NCBI GenBank assembly: GCA_951406725.2
Contig: OX597832.1
Location: forward strand, 9,486,001-9,550,000
DNA: 64,000 nt
Origin: Octopus vulgaris
Lineage: Eukaryota
Reading direction: 5' to 3'
The notes under the pieces were generated by a model, which saw only the letters and a program-made list of their open reading frames with translations, was not told the origin of the DNA and did no database searches. Position numbers and translations under genes: made by a program. Below are positions 29,063 through 43,915 of the stretch, one piece after another. The first letter of the stretch is position 1. Every line of letters starts with the position of its first letter.

Positions 29063-29275
29063 TAGATAGATACATACATACACACACACCTACGCATATA
29101 TATGTGTATATATATATATATATGCTGTCGTATATACACACTCACCAGCAAGATACCATAGGCAATGAAGTGAAGATATGTCTATGTGTTTAAGCATTAT
29201 ATATATATATATATAGAGAGAGAGAGATAAATAGCTAGATACATACATACATACATACACACACACCCACGCATA

Positions 29276-29328
<53 letters not shown>

Positions 29329-29349
29329 TGCCGTATATACACACTCACC
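28965..29349. repeat. Local tandem duplication, period ~183 bp
   Basis: GCAAGATACCATAGGCAATGAAGTGA... at 28965 and 29148. Confidence 0.85.
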
Positions 29350-31059
29350 TGCATACGTATCGTTTGTAAGCGCACATGTATTCATAGATGAAATATCTAG
29401 ATATATATTAAGTGAATTCTAAAGAAGAAATTGACATATATATATCATAAACATGATCAGCTTGTCGGTAAATTCGTCATTTACATCTAATTAAGGACCA
29501 TCGTGTACATTATCATATATCACCCTGTGTCATATTAGGTTATTGAATAATATCATGTTACTGAAACACTGGAAGAAAATTTGCTATTAAGTAGGAAAGT
29601 AATAGCTCTTCATACGTTGAATATTCATGCCGTTGTCATAGTTAAATGAATTCTAGCTTTTTTTTATCGTCATTTGGGAATCATGGAAAAATTTGTATTT
29701 TGAGAAAATCAGGAACTATTGGAGAAAATTAAGTAAGCGAGTTCAGTACTTATTGAGCATCTTCTATTAAATTCATTTCAGTATATTTAACTCTTTAAAT
29801 TCGTCTAATAATTCATGGCAGCTATCAATGAGGTCGGAATAAGTTACACAGTTATTTGGCAATCATTTTAAAAAATCTATTGTCAGTGATATTTCGAAGG
29901 GGCACGATAATCACACCCAATTATTAATCTTTTTGCATTATATTTTCGAAGAAATGCATGTTTAAACGACCGCCTGATTTTACGGAATATTAAACATATC
30001 AGACGAAATCTCTGATAATTTGACAGAAAATTAGATATGATCTGATTATATAGAAGTGTATAGTTTTTCCATTTCATGGTCCACAATCTCTATGGCGTAT
30101 GAGCGGTTTAAAGTCGAAAAAATATAGTATTTTCATGTAATTTATATATTACTGTAGTATAACGTATTTATCCTCAGCTTGATTCCTTTGTTAACCATGC
30201 TTCCATTATATAAATTTTGAAATAATCATGGTACCTGTAATATTAAATAAACGTGATGTCATTTTTGATAAGTATTATTAACCAGTTGTTTACCGCAATC
30301 TATGTTCCGTCCCTTGAAATTATCCGACTATCCATTGTGAGTATACTATTTCAATCATTGTAACCTACGTTCCTATATTGTTTATGGAATAACCTCAGGT
30401 AGCCCAATGTTTATTGGTTCTAGGAGACTTTCGCCTAACCCAGGGGCATAGCCATATCTCATTAACACTGATATTCGATGCTTTGTATGCGATAAAGATT
30501 TATACGTCTATTTTTACTGACAGTTTTTTTAACGTCCCCGATTATTTTCAACAACGGTCTGCTAAAAGAAAATTACCTTTGATATGTGGATAATAAATAA
30601 AGTACGGCTTAAAATGAGAATAACTTACTTCTATAGAGCTAAGAAGAGTTCAACTTCTTTGTCCTAGATAAATGGGTAATCAGTTCACAGAAGTAACGAC
30701 TTCAATGAATTTAAGCAGAATAACACAGTGACCATAATATTTAGCGATAAATAACACGCAGCTCCCCGTAGAAGACTATTAATAAACGTAATTAGAAATC
30801 ACTGAAAGAAAAACAGTCACGGATTTGTGTTGCATGAATAAAATATATCCGGACGTGACTTTTAAGTCTCTAAGGAAATAAAACCGATGTTTCTTTATCT
30901 TACAAAATGTTTGACGAAAGAAAAATATCAAAGCAAGATCGGTATTAAAAGTATGTGTGTGTATGTATGTATGTATGTATGAATGTATGTATGTATGTAT
31001 GTATGTATGTATGTATGTACGTACGTACGTACGTATGCATGTATTTATATATATAAATA

Positions 31060-31116
<57 letters not shown>

Positions 31117-31625
31117 TTGTATGCACACATAAACACACGCACATACACACACACATATATATATATTGCTATATGTGCGTGCGTATATATTTTATATAAA
31201 TCTTTTTGCGCATGGTTTCGTCTATGGGTGTATGCTTCCATTTCCGTATATACTTATAGGATTATAAAGATTGTAATAGACACACAAATGTATATATGTA
31301 TGTGTGTATACGCATGCGCGTGTGTACTTAGTAAGAAAAGGAGAGGAACAGACCAACAAATTGCAGCAATTAACAGTAATCTCCATGTCATGAAATCTAG
31401 TGGCAATATACTAGGCAGTATTAATCCTGATTATTTTGAGAGAGCTAAGAGAAGGATTTTGAAATCTTAAAACTGTTTGCTTTTTAACAGGTATTAGCTT
31501 ACGCTACACTTTAACACTACTGCCGTCTCAAAAAGTGTTTTAGTACTGTTCATTTCATGTATGCATGCATATATCTATATTGATATATGAAGAGAAATGC
31601 ACCTACTAATAATTATGTACACATG

Positions 31626-32033
31626 GGCGCAGGAGTGGTGAGTAGCTTGCTAACCAACCACATGGTTCCGGGTTCAGTCCCACTGCGTGGCATCTTGGGC
31701 AAGTGTCTTCTGCTATAGCCCCGGGCCGACCAATGCCTTGTGAGTGGATTTGGTAGAAGGAAACTGAAAGAAGCCCGTCGTATATATGTATATATATGTA
31801 TATCTGTGTGTGTGTGTGTGTGTTTGTGTGTGTGTGTTTGCTCCCCTAGCATTGCTTGACAACCGATGCTGGTGTGTTTACGTCCCCGTTAATTAGCGGT
31901 TCGGCAAAAGAGACCGATAGAATAAGTACTGAGCTTACAAAAGAATAAGTCCCGGAGTCGATTTGGTCGACTAAATGCGGTGCTCCAGCATGGCCGCAGT
32001 CAAATGACTGAAACAAGTAAAAGAGTAAAGAGT
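31626..32033 (+). mobile_element. SINE family A copy
   Basis: Full-length match. Confidence 0.85.
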
Positions 32034-32784
32034 ATAGATCTGTGTATACTACTATACTTAGGTATATGTGCATGTATAGTTGGATTTATGTTGCCAAGCA
32101 TATTTGGAATAACATGTGTTTTGTTATATATCTAAAACAATAATTTTGCAGAAGACTTGTGTCTCTCACAGTAGTGTTTCTTTGGCTTAGTTTGCCGCAA
32201 CGATCAGGGTGTCTATTTTAAATACAGTATTGTTTCAGCGACGAACATCCGGGTGATCATCTGCTTCACAAAAGTGGCACTAAACTATTTCCTACATTCT
32301 CTCTTGGCAAGCACTTGCTTTCTGTATTAATTGGATGTTCACCAAGCTGAAGGGGATCCTCAGTTTTTGTCATACAGAAGATCAAAGAATCTGTGATATG
32401 GGCACATTGTGATAACGTACATTGAAGTAAGAACATCCTTCATTGAAGGTGATTAGAGTTGGGTATTTCTCTGAATTCGAGAAATGTCACTCCCGAAATG
32501 TTTCAAAAGATTTGCAATGCACGTTGAATGTATGCATGCATGTATGTATGTATGTCATTATGCAGTTTTATTTCGAGATTTCTTGCCTATAGAGAAAGGG
32601 AGAGCTGGTTTCTAACGGAGATACAATTTTCCTTCATTGGAATATCCACAATATCAAAAGGGTATTTTGTTTGTATGTAGGTATGTATGTATGTATGTAT
32701 GTATGTATGTATGTATGTATGTATGTATGTATGTATGTATGTATGTATGTATGTATATATGTATGTATGTATGCATGTATGTAA

Positions 32785-33243
32785 GAAATCTCGAGTTGCA
32801 CATGAGAAAGTAAGGAGGGATGTCAGGAAGGGCATCGCTGTTACACTTACAGATGGGAAGGGTCTTCCTTTGATGCTGACATAAACATGTCTGTGCAAGA
32901 CCCTGCCTCAGTAAAGCTGGACTCAAGAGTCATCTTCGTAGTCATAAAGCGGGACAGATGAGTGATAACCTGGCCATTGATGGTGGTGTAAAACACCATA
33001 CTAATCATATCTGTCGGGCATGTGGAAGAGAGTATAATTCGGCAGGACTTAAACGACATGCAAAGGTACATGAAGCCGAGTTACAACTACAGCCTGCTAT
33101 TACCGGTAAAGGTTTTAGTTGCCAATTCTGTACCAGACATTGTAGATCTTTAGCTGGGCTAAAAATTCACATTCGATCACAGCACCAGTAACAGTTAAGC
33201 TTCGTGCAATGGCCATACTCGATAACGAGGGGGCAGCCATAGT
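32785..33243 (+). mobile_element. RTE-like LINE 3' end with two C2H2 zinc fingers
   Basis: ORF 32958-33191 CRAC..LKRHAKVH and CQFC..LKIHIRSQH; terminal ATGGCC..GGCAGCCAT hairpin; flanked by (TATG)n. Confidence 0.55.
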
Positions 33244-33295
33244 AATGTATGTATGTATGTATGTATGTATGTATGTATGTATGTATGTATGTATA

Positions 33296-34540
33296 TGTGC
33301 AGAATTGTACGTTTTGTTTTCTGTATGTGGTCTCATGAATATAGTTGCGTGTCTGGATAGGATCCTATATATGTAAATGATAAACTTCTGGAATGTTTTA
33401 CAGAATTGTACAGCTCCAGGGACAGTTTGGATCTATAGTTTGTGAATAAACTCACTCCTTTCTGATTTCAGAAGGCTCATTTCTCGACATTGGTATTTTG
33501 CCAGTGTGTTACATACCCCAATAATTATAGGTATAAACCTGAACATATAATCTGGGTAAAGTAGTTGTAGATTTCTCAATAGTTCAGAGTAGGTATTTTA
33601 GTTTCCGCTGATCTTAAGCTTAACCGTAAAATCCGCTGGGCAGCTGATTTTCCACAACTGTACACAATTTCTCTTCTCCATCTCAAATTACTATGTCAGG
33701 TCTATTATGTTTACATTTTATTCAGATTTTCACTGGGACATTTCATCATTATTCCTTTTCATTATGAGTTACTATGGCTTCTACCATACTGTAGGTTCTT
33801 ATTTCTTTGGCGTCGAGGTTGTCCTTCCGACGGATCTCAGAGTGTTTTTGCAACATCATATCTCATTGATAGATAATACAGTAATGACATTTTCGGACAA
33901 CTGCTTATGATGTGGGGGATATATTCGAAGTTATTCCACAAAATCTGCATCGGTTGCTATATGTTGCTGCCTTTCCTACATCTCTGTCTCTTTTGTGCAT
34001 CAGGTATTTGGTTGATATTTCTTGTACGTGGATTGCAAGCGATTATCATTCAAAGTGGGAGTTAGTTATCCGGTTGTTGGTCCGTTATAGACTGCTTCGT
34101 TAATCAGTGTTATTATCATCGCGGTGCTTTCTACTAAACTATTTCATACGTGGTCTTCTGCTCATATATGCTCATTTGTTTCATCTAATGATACGTTGCG
34201 GTAGAATCGTGCGACTTCTTTGGGCATGTATTAAAACTTATCAGACAAAGAATGCTGTTCAAGAAACTGCTTTTTAAGTCTCATGATGTTATCACCTTCA
34301 TATATGCAACCTTGGTCTATGGATGCACCTCGACAATTCGTGGTTAAGAAATGTTGGTGAGAGTATGAGATACGCCATGCAAAGCCAGTCCGGACTGATA
34401 GCCCTCTGCCTCCTTGTTTTCGTGTTAGGTAGATGAGGTCTACATCAGTTTTGGTATGGGAATTTTATCTGATGGTTAGTATCTTTCGGGTTTTCATATC
34501 AATTGCGCAGATGTTCAATAAAGTGTTCAATGAAATAGGT
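33296..34540 (-). mobile_element. R4/Dong-like (RLE) LINE 3' remnant
   Basis: IDMKTRKILT..TDVDLIYLTRKQGGRGL; CCHC knuckle RCRFC..PHIISSCPKM. Confidence 0.7.
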
Positions 34541-34553
34541 CAAATGTTTGTAT

Positions 34554-34604
<51 letters not shown>

Positions 34605-34605
34605 A

Positions 34606-34644
<39 letters not shown>

Positions 34645-34645
<1 letters not shown>

Positions 34646-35000
34646 TAGCTGATATTGAAAAGTTCCATGACTACTTGTGTTTAAAAGAAAAATTATTTAC
34701 CTGAGTTTTAACATTATTTCCTTCGAAATAGTCTCCTTACGTAGCAATACAACGATTTCAACGCTCCTGTCATTCTTGAAATCCGGCCTGCATATAGTTC
34801 TCTGTAAGCGCGTCGAGGACCGTCTGCGATTCGATCTGGATCTTGACAACAGTGTTAAAACGGCGAACTTTGAGCTGGTTTTTCATCTTGGGATAGAAAG
34901 AGTAGCCTACTGGTGTTAAATCTGGCGAAGAGGGTGGCTGCAAAAGCGATAGCATGTTATTATTTATTATTGTTTTTTAGAAACTCACGGTGGTTAACTT
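34645..35000 (-). mobile_element. mariner transposase C-terminal remnant
   Basis: PPSSPDLTP..FYPKMKNQLKVRRF..GFQE..GDYFEG. Confidence 0.75.
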
Positions 35001-35289
35001 CCCTTGTCATGGCAACCGGGGGACATTGCCGGTTCAAGATAAAATCTACTGGTATGCAAGTTTTGTGAAGCAGACCTGCCTGAGATGCGCACAGAGTGAT
35101 GAAACCGTTCTGCCCGCACTCGTCCAGTTTCCATGCATTCATGACTTGTAGAGTTATGTCGAAAAGTTGCTGTCGCGTGTAGGGCGTATCTGGCTATCGG
35201 ACGAGCCCACAGAGAAATGATCATTATTATTGTAATTTTTACTTTTAATCTGCATGTTTGTTACAGTCACTTGCCGAGACACACTCAGT

Positions 35290-35503
35290 GTCTTGAGGTG
35301 AGTGAAGGATGAGAGACGTTACAATATAACTGAAAGCTTGGGGAGAGAAGGTAGTGAAATATATTCATGTAATACGACACAGACATTTAAACGGATAGGG
35401 TTTTTCCTAGGATATGGGCAGTAATTGTCGGTACAATCTTTTGAATTTCTCTGATAATATGGTTCTCCTGGAATCTTATGTAGATATTTCTGATATCCCT
35501 TTA
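35290..35503 (-). mobile_element. R4/Dong-like LINE 3' tail
   Basis: KYLHKIPGEP..EIQKIVPTITAHIL; same C-terminal motif as at 39.3 kb and 55.0 kb. Confidence 0.6.
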
Positions 35504-35592
35504 ATAAAAAAAAAAAAACAACAAAATACAAAATTTACCACTTTTATAAACGGAGATAAATTCTACCACATATGTTGTAGGAAATTATGTAA

Positions 35593-36790
35593 GAGCTTCT
35601 GGGTAAACAACATTCTTTGTTTCCTAGTTTGGAGCATAGACAAATAAGTATTGCAAACTACCTACTCTGGAGCAACCAACATGAATTTGACCATGAGAAA
35701 AGCAAGCCAGTAGATTTCAAAAACTGAACTTGAGCTTTATCACTAGACATTGCAAAGCAAAGTCGCACTGTGTTCATTTGAACTCAAATGGTATGTGTGT
35801 TGGTTTGATTGGAATTCTTGGAATCAAAACCTCTTCCCCAGAGGCACATCCACTGATGATGGTAGCATCTTTCGCATTAGGTGATAATGTATTCACAATC
35901 AATCTTGTCTCATTGCATAATTTAGGAAGATCTAAATTCCTAAGAAGCATTATTGGGACTCCTATCTTCAAAAACAATTTATGTGGAGGAATTCCCTATG
36001 GCTCAAGAGAATTAAAGAACACTGTTGGGTAATGGATAGCTTGTACTTCTTAATGACTATTGGAATCTTATTCATTAATTCATGGTTAATCCTTGCTACT
36101 CTCTAATGTGTTATAATTATCACTTGAGTCTGACAATACCTTTTCCTTCAATTCAGCTGGGAAATTCATCATGATAGCAATATGAGCCAAACTGATATAA
36201 CCATTCCCATCAAATGGTACTTTTCCCATTATTTAATTGGAGGAGCCAGGTTGAAAACTGTTTTGCCCATGGGTTCCGATGTAATGAAGCTCTCACGTTA
36301 GTATTGAAAGAGAATTTCAGTACTTTATTCCATAGGTGTGAAGACTTAATGCATGCTTTATTTCATAAATATCTTGTTCGTCTCAGACTGGCTGGTAAAG
36401 ACAGAAATCTCCTGATAAAACTAATGTAACTCCTTCCATAGACCTATTGTAGCATCTGTTGTCCTGAAAGGTCTTACCAAGATGTACGATTGCACCTCTA
36501 TATGACATGGTGCATTTATCCCAAATGATAAGGTAGCATTGGTACAACAATTGTGCTGAACCTGAATTGTTGCTAATGTTACAAATTTGATTGTCATTTG
36601 TGACCAGGTTTAGTGGTAATTTAAAAGCAGAATGAGTTGTTCGACCTCCTGGAAGAACGGTGGCAGGGAAGCAAGACAAGGATACAGCAACCACAAGTCC
36701 TTTATGTTGCCTTACTTTAGAGAGAAGCTATGTTACAAATGTTTTGCCTGTACCACGAGGAGTATTAAGAAAGAAAATTCTTCTGCTTTT
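35593..36790 (-). mobile_element. Helitron PIF1-family helicase pseudogene
   Basis: Walker A IFFLNTPRGTGKT, LPGGRTTHSAFKLP, IIWDKCTM, SGDF, GVPIMLLRNL..KLCNETRL, IPRIP, SHGQ..CSRVG. Confidence 0.9.
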
Positions 36791-37803
36791 TTTCTGGCGA
36801 TTGGATAACGCTGCACGCACACACACGCACACATACACAGATACATATATATACAGAATCAAACATCAGATGAAATGGACGTGTGTGTGTGTGTATGTCT
36901 GTGAGAGAGACGTGCGAGTGAATGGTGTGTTGTCATGTATATGTATATACATAGATAGACATAGATCTTTCTCGTATGTATATGAGCATGTGTATGTGAG
37001 AGAGTGAGCGGCAGAGAGAGAGAGAGAGAGAGTGCAAGAGAATGCCACTTAGGCATCACTCTCTCTCTATCTCTCTCCCACAAATACACATATACAGCAA
37101 AAATGATGTATGCATATGTATATAGGAATACATGACAACACACCTCTTCACTCAGTCATACACACATACACATACATAAATGTATAGAAACATTCATACA
37201 AAAATATACGTGTGGGAGTATGACTGTCTACAAATACATAGAGCTGAACACAGCGTGAAAAAGAAAATAAATTAAAAAATTTTATGGAAATTAACGAAAT
37301 GTGCGAGTTCAAGCAAAATAATGCCCATATATTTTGGACGCCCCATGTTGAATTGCAAAATTTTAACTTGACATTTGTGTAATAAAGAAATCAAACCTGA
37401 AGTGTATGTGCGTGTGTAAGTGTGTGAGATAGAGCAAGAGAGCGTGAGACAAAGATAGGAGGGAGAGAGAGAACATTGCAAACAATGAATGAGATGGAAT
37501 GAAAAGAAAATATAAATAAAAACACGTTAAAACTATCTTGTACTGAATATTAAAATTTGTGAACTTAGTAAATATTTCAATAATTTATCGTAGTTTTCTT
37601 ACAATAGCGGATTAAAACTTGAAATGAAAACATTAAAATTAGACAGTGAAAGACTTCGCCGTTTATACGTCAATACCAGAAGTTGACACTGAGAAACCCT
37701 TTTCGAGGAAGTGAATCATAAATATACAGCAATATTCTTATTTAAAAAAAAATCAAATGAAGAGTCTTTATTTCTCCGATGTGGAATTATTCCTGCATCA
37801 GAA

Positions 37804-37865
37804 GTATTCATTTTTCACGCGAAAACGGCTCCACCAATTGCCGTTTTCGCGTGAAAAATGAATAC
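37804..37865. repeat. Perfect 26-bp inverted repeat with 10-nt loop
   Basis: GTATTCATTTTTCACGCGAAAACGGC / GCCGTTTTCGCGTGAAAAATGAATAC. Confidence 0.95.
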
Positions 37866-37889
37866 ATACACATCTTTATTTCATATATT

Positions 37890-38521
37890 ATTAGATTAGA
37901 TAAGAAAGCAGTTTTTCTTGGTGATATCTGACAATAATATCCGGTCTATCAGTGTGTATTGGTATATCCCAGGGTATATTGTTTCTCCTTTTCCGTGACC
38001 TTTTCTGGCGTAGGCCTGTACCATTTTTTTCTGCTGTAATTCCATAGTGTTGGCACAGCTTCCAGTATACATAGATCACAACTCTGTCGTGTCTGTGAAT
38101 ATATTCCTTCTTAGCCAGGACTGGGCAGCCAGAGACAATATTATTTATTACATTTTTGGCACATCTATACAAATTCTGCAGTTAACTGCATTTATTTTCA
38201 TAAGTTCATTTGGTAATTTCTAGTGGAGAGATTTTGGCCCTCTGCTGCAATTAAAATTCCTTCGGTCTCTGCTTTGAGATGGAATGAAAAGAGAATAAAA
38301 ATAAAAACACGTTAAAACTAACTTGTACTGAATATTAAAATTTGTAAACTTAGTAAATATTTCAATAATCTATCGTAGTTTTTTACAATGAAAAGATTGA
38401 AGGGACTTTGCTTTGTCTATGTTTTTTTATGTTTAGTTTAAGTCAGTATTTGCTATGGAGTGACTTTTCTTGTCATTTTCATCATGATCCTTTGCTGTTC
38501 CAGTTTCATTGGTTGTTTCAA

Positions 38522-38522
<1 letters not shown>
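37890..38522 (-). mobile_element. R4/Dong-like LINE fragment interrupted by a 115-bp local duplication
   Basis: KAETEG, IVSGCPVLAKKEYIHRHDRV..YWKLCQHYG, PIHTDRPDII. Confidence 0.8.
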
Positions 38523-38590
<68 letters not shown>

Positions 38591-38592
<2 letters not shown>

Positions 38593-38898
38593 CCCGTGAC
38601 CGTGACCGTGACCGACCAAGCTATCAGATGTTGCTACACATCGCTGGTCACAATGCGCTTCGCATTGTCTTAGCCTTCAAATGTCGCCACCCCGCTGGCT
38701 AAGAGAGCAGGCCAACAGAAGAAAGAGAGAAAGTTGTGGCAAAAGAGTACAGCAGGGATCACCACCCCTGCCGGAGCCTCGTGGAGCTTTAGGTGTTTCC
38801 GCTCAATAAACACTCACAACGCCCGGTCTGGGGTTCGAAACCGCGATCCTACAACCGCGAGTCCGCTGCCCTAACCACTGGGCCATTGTGCCTCCACA
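38591..38898 (-). mobile_element. tRNA-derived SINE family C
   Basis: Minus strand TGGCCCAGTGG A-box, GTTTCGAACCC B-box, (GGTCAC)n tail; flanked by (TAA)n/(TGA)n. Confidence 0.75.
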
Positions 38899-38900
38899 TT

Positions 38901-39594
<694 letters not shown>

Positions 39595-39688
<94 letters not shown>

Positions 39689-39745
39689 TTGTTGTTGTTG
39701 CTGTTGTTGCTGTTGTTATTATTATTATTATTGTTGCTGTTGTTG

Positions 39746-39841
<96 letters not shown>

Positions 39842-39843
39842 TT
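39595..39843. repeat. (TAT)n/(TGT)n compound microsatellite
   Basis: Direct reading. Confidence 0.95.
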
Positions 39844-40069
39844 CGCTGTGGGATACGTTAGATGTTCCTTGAAAGATGCTTCGTAAGTTCTGCTTTAAAC
39901 TTTATTTTTCACCCTGTCTTTACAAGTATATGTTATTGATTTTTCCTATAAACTGACAAGATAACTAGAAACCAGCTGGTAGGTTTTCTTCCCTGAAAAG
40001 GGCGGTATTTATTCATTTACCTATTGCACTCAAACAACGCCCCATCTTGTGTAAACCAACACAAACACA

Positions 40070-40310
40070 CAAGATGGCGTCGACGTCATCATCATTAACA
40101 TCGGTATTTGCAACCACCACGGATGCTTTGAGGTGGGAAACCGTTCCTGCCACCAGCACTCTCCAGAAACAAGACTTCCCTCCTCATATCACTCTCTCCT
40201 AGCGACAACAACAACGGCAAAATGACCACCAGCGCCACCACCACCACCAACAACAACAATAATAACAACAACTACTATTACTCCTCCTCCTCCTCCTCCT
40301 CCTCCTCCTC

Positions 40311-40368
<58 letters not shown>

Positions 40369-41740
40369 AGTAGCAATCTAAGCAATGTCAAAACTTGCGA
40401 AGAGTATGGAAACCGTTACAACAGTAGCAGCAGCTGCGACGAGAGTGTCGATGGCAGAGGTGGCGGAAGCAATAGTGATGGTAGCGGTGAAGACAGCAAA
40501 GGCTGCGACGCTACGAAAGGTAATAGCATTGAAAACTTCAGCAATAAATCAGCAGTGGCAGTGACAGCAGCACGGGCGTCGGTGGTGGAGGAGAAACTGA
40601 AGGCAGCGGTGGTAGTGTTGGTGGTAACAGCAGAACAAGTGGCTTATGCCCCACCACTAAAACAAGAGTAGCAGTAGCAACATGAATAACAACAGCAAGA
40701 AAAACCAACACCAACAACAAGAACACTTTCGCAGCAGCCAAAATGGGACCCCATTGAAGTTTTTAAAAGGGTTCTCTAAAGAGCCCGCACCAATTATGCA
40801 ATTCGAACAACCCGACCTCCACAATACACCGGGAAGTAAGGAAACCTTTCCTCTCTCTTCTTACCTTGTCAGCAAGGCCGTCTTAGGAAGCTTAAATGTT
40901 CGAGGCTTGGTGTCGCCTTAGAAGCAGCAGCGTCTGCTCGGCGAACTCAGGTTCTTAGAATTGGGTGTAACACACGCACACTAGTCCCTATTTTCAACGA
41001 CTGTCAGAACTTTGCATCTGTTAGTCGGCCTACTGAAAGCTGAACATGTCGTTTCTGGCACGTAATGTTTACAGGGACCGGGTCAACAGTTTAATTCGGC
41101 AAAAGTTGACAGGAAGAGATGTCAACAACAGATGGTGGGCTCTCAGAAGGGAGATTAAAGCAATATCGGTGAGGTTTAACAAAGAAGTCACGCTAGAAAG
41201 TAGGCGGAAGAAGCGATGTTAGACGAGATTATTTGAAGTTGCATTGCAACCGATGAGACCATTTCTTCAATGTAAAACATGAATGGTGCATTGTCAGAAC
41301 TAAATCTCCTTCTCTAAGATAAGCGGGAACCAAAGCTGTTAGATGGGCTAGCGTGGCGGATGCGTAACGTGCTAACAAAACCACAATTCGGTCTTTGATG
41401 CCCGAAACGGACACAAAATTAGCGATTCTAGGCAGGATTGTGAGGGTTTTCACCAGCAATTTGCTCCGTTCTTCGTGGGGAGTGGCGGGTCAGAAATGAT
41501 ATCGGATTTCAGTCCCTACCTGAGAATGGCAGACCTCATGCAACCGAAATTCTGGATGCCCTTGTCGGCTGCATGAGGCGCAAGTCAACCGGTTTGTATG
41601 GTCTCCCCTATGAGTGTTTTACGTGAATATGCCACACTTGTTCTCCGATTTCCTCGAAATACTCTACTGCAACTGGCAGTAGAAGAGAGTATTCCCAGTT
41701 CTGTGAGCCTGAACGTTCTGGTAAGTACCAAGTTAACAGA
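40070..41740 (+). mobile_element. Highly decayed Tx1/L1-like LINE 5' part
   Basis: GC-rich 5' region starting CAAGATGGCG, APE endonuclease start LGSLNVRGL (~40882), YCNWQ RT segment (~41665). Confidence 0.5.
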
Positions 41741-42559
41741 CAGAGCTGCAACTTTCTCAGAAGACATGATAATTGAATCCTGTCCAAATGTTTGTGATTT
41801 TACGCCAGTAAAATTATGTAAAATGTTTGTTTTCCACCTTTACTGTAATACAAACCGATAAACATAGTCCGCCTCCAGCAACTATTTACCATGTGCAATT
41901 TCTGGAACTATTCCATCTGCTTTAGAAACAGACATGAAATTCCACACGTTTTTGAGACATAATGAAATATTATATAATTTATGTCTGTCTTCGTATTCTA
42001 CGGCTTCTACAAAGAACATATTGTATATTTCATGTAAATGTCATCGCATGGTCGCTGTAACTTATTTGAGCAGATTCCAAAGAGCAAAATACGGATGTTG
42101 ACAGCAACAACAACAGCAGCGATAATGCGTTTCTCCTTGAATTACTAAAAGTTTCAGTGCTATCTAACATCAACTAAAAGAAATCTAAATTGTCACTTGA
42201 TTGATTTCTACTAAAAAAAATTTGAATAGTAAATGTTGGTAATAGAACAACGGAAAGAATCGTTAGACTGCTACGTAAAATGCTTCACTGCATTTGCAAA
42301 GGTTCTCACAATGTACTGGGTTTAAATCCTATCAATGCCATATTGGCTTTTCAGAATATCGTTTCCGGTAGGATGAAAAGTATCTGGGCCGCAAGATATG
42401 CCGAAGTCAATGATGTTAAACCGGTAGCATTGTAATAATTTTTTCCTGAATCTCCTTTAAAAGACCGCTATGACCTAATTGAATAGCAGCATAAAATTCT
42501 TGTCCGGTTTAAAATTCCACTTGACATTGCACATAATCTGCTCCTGTGTAAACACTGTT

Positions 42560-42715
42560 GCTATATTCACTTGGTGAAGAATGGAGTTTGATATAGCTAC
42601 TGTCATTTGCACCTGTTGCCGTGAGGTAGGTTCAGCTGGGACTCTCGACAGGAAGATGTCCAGCTTCGATTTAAAAACCGCTACATCTACTTTGTGCAAG
42701 TTCCTCAGAAGATGA
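42560..42715 (-). mobile_element. CR1-group LINE C-terminal fragment
   Basis: LRNLHKVDVAVFKSKLDIFLSRVPAEP..SNSILHQ. Confidence 0.55.
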
Positions 42716-42892
42716 CAGGTCATGGCTATTGGATTCCATCCTGACTAAAATATAAAATAAAACCTTAAATAGATTATAATCTCAACGATTAAAGCCAGTC
42801 CAAGCTTAAATATCCGCACATTATTCAATAAATATTCAAAATTATAAATCATTAAGTAGAAATAGCACTGACTAATTATTTTTATATATAGT

Positions 42893-43085
42893 TTATTTCT
42901 TTACTACCCACAAGGGGCTAAACACAGAGGAGAAAAACAAGGACAGACAAAGGGATTAAGTCGATTACATCGACTCCAGTGGGTAACTGGTACTTAATTT
43001 ATCTACCCCGAAAGGATGAAAAACAAAGTCGACCTCGGCGGATTACGGCTACGCATTTCACCTGGCGTGCTAACTTTTCTGCCAT
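42893..43085 (-). mobile_element. SINE family B copy (internal deletion)
   Basis: Reverse complement of 21004-21234. Confidence 0.8.
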
Positions 43086-43669
43086 TTATATATAATTGAT
43101 TCTAACAGCAATCGGTTAGATTTTCCACAGGATACTAATCAAATATTTACCAAGTTATTTCCAAGATTGGTCTTAGTTGATCAAATTTTAGGAACTGGTT
43201 AATATGGCTATTCATTTCGTTTCGAAATGGTATTGTATAGACTACGCATAGAACAATATAAGCAATATTCCATGAGTAATTCCATAAGAAATGCATAACT
43301 TTTATGCATTCATAAGATTTTCGTTTCATTTCATTTAAAATCCTTGATACTTAACATGCAAAATATTTTGGATAACGTAATGTACTCATAAGTTTCCGCA
43401 AGAAACGCGTTTTAAATAGAAACATATTCATGCATGCACACACACACATATGTGAATATATGTATATATGTATATACAATTATATATATATATATAGATA
43501 TATATAAATAAACAGGTTGCTTGGCCTCATACCGAAAAAAATTAGAAATGGCAGCCATAGACTGTTTATTTCTATTTTCTACAAATAGGACTCCGCATAC
43601 GACATATCCCTGTAATTCACATATGCAAAAGAGAAGGAATAAATAACGAAAACAAAGTCTAATGGTCAT

Positions 43670-43723
43670 TTGCGAAAATGTTTCTAGATCAGAGATATAA
43701 TTACATATCTTTCATCAGCGCAA
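43670..43723 (-). ncRNA. Candidate type I hammerhead ribozyme (second structured repeat family)
   Basis: TTGCG-CTGATGA-A-AGAT...ATCT-A-GAAA-CATT-TT-CGCAA; stem I TTGCG/CGCAA. Confidence 0.5.
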
Positions 43724-43915
43724 CTCTCCATAAAAATAGATTTATCAAATGCTACGTACCCCATCCTTCTGACCAGGTGACATCAAAAGAGTGGAAGAAA
43801 ACGATTATAGGCTAAACCTAAATAGAGAGTTGAATTCGCAAATTTTCCCTCCAAAATTTTACCATGAGCATTACTAAAATATGGGTTGTCGTACGGGAGT
43901 GAAAATTCCAATTGG

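Noticed and set aside
40222-40671. 149-aa low-complexity ORF
   Set aside because: Built from (CAA)/(CTC)/(CTA) repeats within a decayed LINE 5' region
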